Of a stretch of DNA of 64,000 nucleotides, positions 21,341-28,462 are shown one piece after another (the first letter of the stretch is position 1; the number at the start of each line of letters is the position of its first letter). The notes beneath the pieces were generated by a model. It made no database searches and was not told the DNA's origin. It saw only the letters and a program-made list of their open reading frames with translations. Source of the stretch: an uncultured Pseudomonadales bacterium. GTDB lineage: Bacteria > Patescibacteriota > Microgenomatia > UBA1400 > PJMF01. Made by a program: the position numbers and the translations under genes. The DNA is taken from contig CAZUHV010000001.1 in assembly GCA_964620965.1 (NCBI GenBank), positions 329,718-393,717 of the forward strand, written 5' to 3'.

Positions 21341-21832
21341 TTACTTATCCAATAACATTTCCATTAAATATTTATCATAGAATTCATCCCCAACCCTTAT
21401 AGCCATTTTTTGCTCACCCACCTTTTTAAAGCCTACTGACTTGTATAAATTGTAAGCTGCAGTTTGAGTAGTCATTACTCCCAATTGTAATTTTTTTATT
21501 TCTGGTTTTGATTTTATATCTTCAATTATGGTTAGCAATAATTTTTTCCCGATACCTTTTCCTCTATCTTCTGGGCGGACATATACCCGCACAATGTTCG
21601 CTATATGAGCAAGTTTTTTCTTTTCTTCACAATAAAAACCAGCCATGCCTATGAGCTTATCATCATCAATAGCAAAATACATGTTTTTGATTCTATCTTG
21701 CCACTCTGAATCCTTTTTTGAATCTATTTCTTCTGTACTCCATAAAAATGCTTGTGGTGAATCAATAGTAGATTCTATGTAGAATTTCTTATAATCTTGC
21801 CATCTTGAAATTGGTAATGTAGTAATTTTCAT
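21341..21832 (-). CDS. GNAT family N-acetyltransferase
   Basis: YVRPEDRGKGIGKKLL motif A, AYNLYKSVGF. Confidence 0.92.
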   Translation of the reverse strand: MKITTLPISRWQDYKKFYIESTIDSPQAFLWSTEEIDSKKDSEWQDRIKNMYFAIDDDKLIGMAGFYCEEKKKLAHIANIVRVYVRPEDRGKGIGKKLLLTIIEDIKSKPEIKKLQLGVMTTQTAAYNLYKSVGFKKVGEQKMAIRVGDEFYDKYLMEMLLDK

Positions 21833-21872
21833 ACAACTCACATTTTAACAGATAGTTATCAAAACCTGGATA

Positions 21873-21920
21873 TCACTGTAGTTCGAATCCTAGGATGCGG
21901 AGCACCCGGGTCTGGAACCC
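21873..21920. repeat. att-like repeat copy C (full 48 bp)
   Basis: TCACTGTAGTTCGAATCCTAGGATGCGGAGCACCCGGGTCTGGAACCC, exactly 640 bp after copy B. Confidence 0.92.
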
Positions 21921-22275
21921 GTGCGTCGTTATAGCTGTCCCGTTCCAGAATAGAGCTTCCAGGGTAATTTTAACAAAAATGGGACAAATGGGACACTATA
22001 AAAAGGGTGTGTCTTGTTTTTGAAGCTCGATCATTTTGCTATTTTCACCACAAGCAGTTGTTATATTATTTTGCCTATTCATCCAACCTTTGGTTGGAAT
22101 CAATTAAAGAAATGTTTTACAATTTTCACAGATAACTATTGGGGAGTTTGGAGCTAGCCTTCAAAAAGAACTGTTAGGTTTAACAAAAGATTTTAGTTAT
22201 AATGGTCTAGCATATCTTGCAACTCAAGTATTTATTTCGTCGCTCTGAATAAAGAATAGTAATTGAATCTGCCCT

Positions 22276-23238
22276 ATGGCTAACAACCTACTACTACAAA
22301 CAATAATTTATATCGTATGCTTTTTTTGGTATGGATTGGAGCTGGCCTAGTTGTTTCTCCCATATCCGATCTCTCCAAATCTTGGAGGCTACCACGATTT
22401 ATTATCTCTTTTTTCCTACTAGGCATTCTTACTTCGCTCCCTGAAATCACGATTAGTACCATAGCCATCTTGAACAACGACCCGGTCATAGTCGCTGGCA
22501 ACTTATTAGGGGGGAGTTATTGTTATGTTCTTGGGAGTAATTCCTCTTTTGGGTTTAGTGGGCAATGGAGTAAAAATGCCCACTCAGCTCAACAAGAAAC
22601 AACTCATCATTACTCTTTTAGTTGTGGTTGCTCCGGCTTTCCTAACTGCTGACCAAAAAATTGGCCAATACGAAGCGATTTTCTTGATTTTGCTTTATCT
22701 TAGTTTATTCGTCATGTTTTCTTTCAAGCAATCATTTTTTGAAAAGATTAAAACTGGAATAATCAGCAGGAAAAAGAATAGCATGAGACATCTCTTTAAG
22801 ATTGTGCTTGGGGTTTCAATTTTAATTGGAGCTAGTAATCAAATTGTCAATTCGACTCTGTTTTTTGCAGATATGTTTAAAATATCTCCATTTTTTGTTA
22901 GTTTGATTGTAGTTGCTTTGGGGACCAACATACCTGAAATATCAATTGTTTTCCGCTCAGTTTTGAGTGGTAAAAAAGACATTGCACTAGCTGATTATCT
23001 TGGCTCTGCTAGTGCGAATACATTACTTCTTGGTATTTTCACCCTGATGCATGGAGAAACCATCCAGCTGCCCAACCACTTTTTTCAACGATTTTCTTTC
23101 TTAGCAGTAGGACTTATCTTATTTTTCTTCTTTGCTCGATCTAGAAACACGCTGTCTCGAAAAGAAAGTGCCATTTTACTCTCGCTATACCTGGGATTTA
23201 TCATGTTTGAAATGTTGCTCATTGCACGTTTGGCTTAA
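22276..23238 (+). pseudogene. Sodium/calcium antiporter interrupted by two homopolymer frameshifts (or sequencing errors)
   Basis: ATG 22276 (MANNLLLQ...), shift at T7 (22321-22327) into the frame with LTSLPEI, shift back at G6 (22509-22514) to the frame with ALGTNIPEI. Confidence 0.8.
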
Positions 23239-23293
23239 CTTACACGGCTATTAGGCAGAAAAAATGTTCAGATCTTTGACAAGTTTATCTGAA

Positions 23294-23773
23294 TTAAGTA
23301 CTTAGCTCTTGGAGTATGCTTTGCAAATCAAGCGGCTCTGTCACCATTTCTACCATTCCATCATTTCTGACTTTCCACTCCTTACGTGGACGGTCTACAT
23401 ATAATTCCACACCATTGTCATCCGGATCTCTTAGATAGATTGCCTCGCTTACACCATGATCCGCTGAGCCTTCAAGTGGATAGTTTGTGTCTATCAATTT
23501 TTGTAATACTTTTGCCAGCTCTTTCCTTGATGGATATAAGAAAGCCACATGGTACATACCTGTGTAGCCTCTTGGTGCTGACTTAGCACCTTTGCCCGAC
23601 CAAGTGTTGAGTCCAATATGATGATGATATCCACCTGCCGAAAGGAACACTGCTGAATCGCCGTAACGAGCCGATATCTCAAATCCTAGAAGGTCGCGAT
23701 AAAAAGCCAGTGACCGATCTAAATCAGAAACAGTAAGATGAATATGTCCAACGATAGTATCTTTATGTGCCAT
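23294..23773 (-). CDS. VOC/glyoxalase family protein (CatE-like single domain)
   Basis: GHIHLTVSDL, GGYHHHIGLNTW, DHGVSEAIYLRDPDDNGVELY. Confidence 0.9.
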   Translation of the reverse strand: MAHKDTIVGHIHLTVSDLDRSLAFYRDLLGFEISARYGDSAVFLSAGGYHHHIGLNTWSGKGAKSAPRGYTGMYHVAFLYPSRKELAKVLQKLIDTNYPLEGSADHGVSEAIYLRDPDDNGVELYVDRPRKEWKVRNDGMVEMVTEPLDLQSILQELST

Positions 23774-23790
23774 ATATGTTGTTGCGGAGA

Positions 23791-24414
23791 TTAAAATCCG
23801 AGTTTTTCCTTTACCAGGATAACAGTTATTTTTCTTCCTATCATGGGATTTTCCTTGTGAAGGATAAGTGTTTTGGCGTGTGTGGTGTGAGCGTTGTAGA
23901 CACTCATTAAGCGCTTATCCTCAAGCGGAATGACGTGTTCTTCGAGTCTTTGAAGGGCGCTTTCAAGTGTGGGCGTTATCTTTTGGGCACCAACCACCAA
24001 AATGATATTTGGTGAGGTAAAGACAAGATGTGGTAACTGACTACCCGAATTTGAAGCGATGACCACCTCTCCAGTTTCAGAAAGGGCATGGACACTTCCA
24101 AGGTAATAATCTGAGAAAGCAGATTCGCGTCGGAGCTTACTTTGCTTTTCAGGATCTTTTTCAGCCAGAATGTTCGCATGAAGATTGTTCCATCCATGCG
24201 TATCAGATTTAAGATAATCAACAAAACCGATCTCTTTGAGAGTTATAGATGATCCATTATGAATCGATGCATTGGTTGGAATGAGTGATTTGATTTTTTC
24301 CAGCGCCTCAGTCTTGGTATCAACCACTTCTGCCTGAAAACCATTAGCAATCAGTGACTTCACTGTTTTGTTAATCGATTCCTGTGACGCGAGCGTGTTA
24401 AATGTGTTTGTCAT
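23791..24414 (-). CDS. LUD-domain (lactate utilization-like) protein
   Basis: GSSITLKEIG, YLGSVHALSETGEVV, VVGAQKI, LVKEKLGF. Confidence 0.82.
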   Translation of the reverse strand: MTNTFNTLASQESINKTVKSLIANGFQAEVVDTKTEALEKIKSLIPTNASIHNGSSITLKEIGFVDYLKSDTHGWNNLHANILAEKDPEKQSKLRRESAFSDYYLGSVHALSETGEVVIASNSGSQLPHLVFTSPNIILVVGAQKITPTLESALQRLEEHVIPLEDKRLMSVYNAHTTHAKTLILHKENPMIGRKITVILVKEKLGF

Positions 24415-24439
24415 ATATCTCCTTTGAAGATAAATATCA

Positions 24440-24715
24440 TCAAGCTAAATTAGCCGTGAGTTTTTTTAATAATGTGGTCATAAAATTGGCATTTACAAAA
24501 TAAAATATTTCCTGCCCTTTGCGGGAGCTTTCTACAAGATTTACTGATTTAAGCACGTTTAAATGTTGAGAAACTGCTGGTTGTGATAATTTGGAGAGTT
24601 GTGCTATCTCTCCAACAGTTCGTGGTTTTTTCATTATTGTCTGGAGGATGGTAAATCGATTCTCGTTACCAAGCCCTTTCCCCAACATTGCCATTTGTTT
24701 ACATGTTTCTGACAT
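24440..24715 (-). CDS. ArsR/SmtB family transcriptional regulator
   Basis: NRFTIL...TVGEIA...SQPAVSQHLNVLK...RKGQ. Confidence 0.9.
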   Translation of the reverse strand: MSETCKQMAMLGKGLGNENRFTILQTIMKKPRTVGEIAQLSKLSQPAVSQHLNVLKSVNLVESSRKGQEIFYFVNANFMTTLLKKLTANLA

Positions 24716-24901
24716 ATTTATATATTAGCATATATGAATATATTTATGCAAGTGATAGATAAATGTCTACTGCCAACGTTTGTCTTGCATCGAGATTGAG
24801 AGGGCTAAGCCAAAGCTCTTCAGGAAAGATGATGCCAAGAAGCTTAAAGTTTTTTATCCCCTACAAACATCAGATAAATTCGTTACAATAGTAGAGAGGA
24901 G

Positions 24902-25306
24902 ATGCATATGAAAGGGGTTCACACAAATATTGATAGAGCGACTACTGAGAACCTGAATTTTCGTCAGGTACTCTATACAGGTAAACACACACAATTGGTG
25001 TTAATGTCTTTGCTGCCTGGGGAAGAAATTGGTCTTGAAACACACCTGGAAAATGATCAGTTTTTCCGTTTTGAGCAAGGTGTTGGTAGGTGCATTATTG
25101 ATGGGAACGAGTATGAAATAAAAACGGACGATGCTATCATTATTCCGGCTGGAGCTGCGCATAACATTATCAATACTTCAGAAACTGAAGCACTTAAAAT
25201 GTATACTCTTTATAGTCCTCCACATCACAAAGATAGTATCGTCAGGTCGACTAAAGCAGAAGCAGAAACTCACGAAGCAGAGTTTGACGGAATTACAACT
25301 GAATAA
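24902..25306 (+). CDS. Cupin domain protein (mannose-6-phosphate isomerase-like)
   Basis: FRQVLYTGKHTQLVLMSL, EIGLETH, IPAGAAHN, YSPPHH. Confidence 0.9.
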   Translation: MHMKGVHTNIDRATTENLNFRQVLYTGKHTQLVLMSLLPGEEIGLETHLENDQFFRFEQGVGRCIIDGNEYEIKTDDAIIIPAGAAHNIINTSETEALKMYTLYSPPHHKDSIVRSTKAEAETHEAEFDGITTE

Positions 25307-25319
25307 GAAAGAGATTTGT

Positions 25320-25673
25320 ATGTCAAAACCAACATTTAGCTTAGAAGTTAAACCGTTTGTAGCTGAAAAACTCATTGCCTATCAAGATGGTTCTGTAGTG
25401 AGTAGAGAAATATTAGCCACTCAAAATACCACTATCACCTTGTTTGCCTTTGCCCAAGGACAAGGACTCAGTGAGCACACCACTCCATTTAATGCCCTCA
25501 TGCAGATCTTGGATGGTGAGGCTCACATCACCATTGGCAGAGATGAATACGTGGTCAAAGCCGGAGAAATAATCATTGCTCCAGCTAACACGCCACATGC
25601 CCTTAAGGCTAGCAAAGCTTTTAAAATGATGCTGACAATGGCGCGCGATCCCAAGCCTCCCAGCACTGAATAG
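25320..25673 (+). CDS. Cupin domain protein (paralog of 20403-20732)
   Basis: FAFAQGQGLSEHTTP, PANTPHAL; start ATG 25320. Confidence 0.9.
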   Translation: MSKPTFSLEVKPFVAEKLIAYQDGSVVSREILATQNTTITLFAFAQGQGLSEHTTPFNALMQILDGEAHITIGRDEYVVKAGEIIIAPANTPHALKASKAFKMMLTMARDPKPPSTE

Positions 25674-25713
25674 TTTTATCACACTTATTTTTGGTGTTCC
25701 CGAATTTTGATTC

Positions 25714-25833
25714 TTACTTCATTTTCTCGCCAATAGCTTTCACCATACCGAGAGTTTCTAAGCATTCTCGGATAGTGCCGATGTCATAGCGATCTTCGTA
25801 GTGTTGTTGTGGTTGCAAATATTGAAACGACAT
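25714..25833 (-). pseudogene. Short 39-aa ORF, probably a truncated gene remnant
   Basis: MSFQYLQPQQHYEDRYDIGTIRECLETLGMVKAIGEKMK with AGGAG SD; ends facing the convergent cupin gene. Confidence 0.4.
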
Positions 25834-25906
25834 AACTCCTTTCGCTAACTATCACTTAGCAATAAGCATATTCGCTTTTGCCTGCTTTACCTATATAATT
25901 CACTTG

Positions 25907-27325
25907 ATGAAACTGACCAAATCACTCTTCTTAAGCTACCTGGAATCACCACTGCATATGTGGTTGTCAGTGCACAGCGATACTCCACCAAAGCCACCAT
26001 CCCTGTATGACCAGCACACGATGAAACAAGGCTACAGTGTTGAAAAATTGGCCAAAGAATTTTTAAGAGCGAAAGTTGCGACTCAGTATCCTGCTGGCAC
26101 CACACTCAGCTTTGAAGCGACCCTGACTGACGGTAACTATGAATCGCGCATTGATGCGCTAGTACATGACACCGTGAACAACACCTATGACTTGTATGAA
26201 ATCAAAAGTAGCACCACCATCCACACTGAGCATAAATATGATGTGACCTTTCAGTATTTAGTTGGCAAAGTCACTCTTCCGATCAACAAAGTTTACTTAG
26301 TCAGAGTTAACAGTGACTACCAACGGGCTGGGGAGATTGATATCGATGAACTCTTCATCGTGGAAGACATGACAGATCACATCGCCAAAAAAGAAGATGA
26401 GGTGTATCAACTCAGGTCTGAAGCATGGGGAGTGATGCGACTTGAACAAGAACCAAGTGACGAGCATTGTTTTAATCCTGGTACCTGTGTCTATCCTGAC
26501 CACTGTTTCCCCAATCTACCCGATGGCTCAATTTATGAACTAGGCAGAGCCAGCAAAAAACAATATAGCGAACTACTGGATATGGGCGTAGAGTCGGTCA
26601 GAGATATTCCCGATACGTTTACCAGTAACTATAAGCAAAGACTGCAAATTCAATCTGCCAGACAACACCAGCCAATCATTGACCACGATGCCATTGCAGA
26701 AGAATTAAGTAGGCTGGAATATCCCATCTACTTCTTAGACTATGAAACCTATGGTGAAGCTCTACCCATGTACGATGGCTATAAGCCGTATCAGCAGGCA
26801 GTCACACAGTTTTCCATCCATGTGGCTCGACATCCTGACAGCGATGAATTTGAACACTACGAGTTTCTAGCAACTGAAGCTGGCGATCCAGCCAGACACC
26901 TCGCCTCAGAGTTGTGCAAAGTCATTGGTGAGACTGGTTCAGTGATTGTGTGGAATAAGGGCTTTGAGTGTGGCAGAAATGATGAGCTGGCTGTCTTATG
27001 CCCAGATTTAGCTCCACAACTCAAAAGCATTAACGAGCGAGTCTATGACCTGATGGATATTTTCAAAGATGGTTTGTATGTCGATTACCGCTTTCATGGC
27101 AGTGCCTCAATCAAAAAAGTCTTACCCGTGCTATGTCCTGAGCTGAGTTACAAAGAATTAGAAATTGGTGAAGGAACCAAAGCTATGTTGGCTTGGTATG
27201 AGATGGTACATGGGAATTTAACTGCTGAAGCAAAAGAGCAGATCAGACAAAACTTGCTGACCTACTGCAAACTGGATACTTGGGCGATGGTGGAAATTTG
27301 GCAAGTCTTACATAATCTGATGTAG
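25907..27325 (+). CDS. DUF2779-domain protein (PD-(D/E)XK nuclease-like N-terminus, DEDD exonuclease-like C-terminus)
   Basis: LTKSLF, RIDAL..YEIKSST, YFLDYET, PYQQ..QFSIH, SIKKVLPVL, YCKLDT. Confidence 0.85.
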   Translation: MKLTKSLFLSYLESPLHMWLSVHSDTPPKPPSLYDQHTMKQGYSVEKLAKEFLRAKVATQYPAGTTLSFEATLTDGNYESRIDALVHDTVNNTYDLYEIKSSTTIHTEHKYDVTFQYLVGKVTLPINKVYLVRVNSDYQRAGEIDIDELFIVEDMTDHIAKKEDEVYQLRSEAWGVMRLEQEPSDEHCFNPGTCVYPDHCFPNLPDGSIYELGRASKKQYSELLDMGVESVRDIPDTFTSNYKQRLQIQSARQHQPIIDHDAIAEELSRLEYPIYFLDYETYGEALPMYDGYKPYQQAVTQFSIHVARHPDSDEFEHYEFLATEAGDPARHLASELCKVIGETGSVIVWNKGFECGRNDELAVLCPDLAPQLKSINERVYDLMDIFKDGLYVDYRFHGSASIKKVLPVLCPELSYKELEIGEGTKAMLAWYEMVHGNLTAEAKEQIRQNLLTYCKLDTWAMVEIWQVLHNLM

Positions 27326-27420
27326 ACAAAACCCGAAAAGACTTTTATATTCATTTTCAGATCTTTAAAAAACTGGCGAGGAAACCTCCAGCCCTTATTA
27401 GGGGGTATTAGTCTAGCTCA

Positions 27421-27468
27421 CGCCTTCCCTCCTAAGGACATCACTTGGTGTTTTTAGGCGGGGGAGCG
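27421..27468 (+). other. Long G-U-containing stem-loop in leader of the YegP-like gene
   Basis: CCTAAGGACATC-ACTT-GGTGTTTTTAGG inner stem plus outer CGCCTTCCC/GGGGGAGCG pairing. Confidence 0.5.
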
Positions 27469-27517
27469 TTTTAAGTAGCAAGCTTCCCTTTAATACATTG
27501 GAAAGGAGGTGAGAAAA

Positions 27518-27694
27518 ATGGTTAGATTCCAAATCTATATTGACCAAAATGGTGAATACAGATGGCGTCTTGTCGCTGCAAACAACGAAATCGTTGCTTG
27601 GAGTGAAGGTTATAAAACCAAGCAAGGTGCTGTCGATTCAGCAAATTGGGTCAAGACCAACGCAAGTTGGGCCCCAATCCATGATTTAACCTAG
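27518..27694 (+). CDS. YegP/DUF1508 family protein
   Basis: FQIYIDQNGEYRWRLVAANNEIVAWSEGYKTK; GGAGG SD. Confidence 0.9.
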   Translation: MVRFQIYIDQNGEYRWRLVAANNEIVAWSEGYKTKQGAVDSANWVKTNASWAPIHDLT

Positions 27695-27701
27695 TGTTAA
27701 A

Positions 27702-28241
27702 TCACTCCTCGTCAGTTTTTTGAGGATAAACCATAAAAGCAAGTCTTCTACGAAACATAGACCAGTTGTCCCATTTCAAATCTGACCAATATCTCCAACT
27801 TAACTTTTTCTTATATTTGTTACCTATTGAATCAATGAAAACTAAATTATCAACTGATTTTCTTTCATCTATACATGCTTGTTTAACCAAATCATAATTA
27901 AGTGTTACTGTTATTTGCTCATTCTCGTCCAACTTTTTTGGCAAATCATAAACTAAGTAATCATTAGGAAAAACAAATAAAGATTTTTTATCAGATGTTT
28001 CAAACTCAGCACTTTCCACTACGATTGGTCTTCTGCCAGCATTTCTTATGACTAGAGATAAAGTATCAATCTGCTGTCTCATTCCCACAGTAAATCCTCT
28101 TTTTATACCAACTTTTATTTTTGGTTTATCTTGTAGATAAATGATGGTAGATAAAATTGCACCCCAACCGGCCAGAACAACAGTAGTAATTCTATCCCAA
28201 TTTGCACCAATATTTTGGATAAATGAGTTTAGATCGACCAT
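27702..28241 (-). CDS. Hypothetical protein with N-terminal TM helix and beta-rich domain
   Basis: 179-aa ORF; TM at residues about 18-35. Confidence 0.6.
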   Translation of the reverse strand: MVDLNSFIQNIGANWDRITTVVLAGWGAILSTIIYLQDKPKIKVGIKRGFTVGMRQQIDTLSLVIRNAGRRPIVVESAEFETSDKKSLFVFPNDYLVYDLPKKLDENEQITVTLNYDLVKQACIDERKSVDNLVFIDSIGNKYKKKLSWRYWSDLKWDNWSMFRRRLAFMVYPQKTDEE

Positions 28242-28249
28242 ATATTTTT

Positions 28250-28402
28250 TTATAAATTTTCTAAGATTTCAATTTGTACGTCCTCATCAAAATCATCAAT
28301 GTTATCAACTAAATCATTTGCATTATCTTGAATGATTTCTTCAGTTTCGTCGGTTGAGCCTTCTTCTTGTATTTTTTCAATGAGATCAAAATCATTGGGC
28401 AT
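28250..28402 (-). CDS. Small highly acidic protein (50 aa), not in ORF track
   Basis: MPNDFDLIEKIQEEGSTDETEEIIQDNANDLVDNIDDFDEDVQIEILENL; fills the gap between hsdR and 27702-28241, co-oriented. Confidence 0.6.
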   Translation of the reverse strand: MPNDFDLIEKIQEEGSTDETEEIIQDNANDLVDNIDDFDEDVQIEILENL

Positions 28403-28462
28403 GTTAGCTACTTTCAGGTTTTTTCATTTGTTCTAATTCTAATTTTTTTGTTTATAAGCTAA

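Noticed and set aside
20361-21920. Repeats as a CRISPR array
   Set aside because: Intervals are 640-895 bp and contain whole genes; no cas genes in the window.
21233-21920. GTTCGAATC-containing repeats as tRNA genes or classical attC sites
   Set aside because: No D or anticodon arms; they lack the RYYYAAC...GTTRRRY attC arrangement and no tyrosine integron integrase is present.
21936-21986. TGTCCC / GGGACA short inverted and direct repeats right of site C
   Set aside because: Only 6-8 bp with no associated transposase or target duplication.
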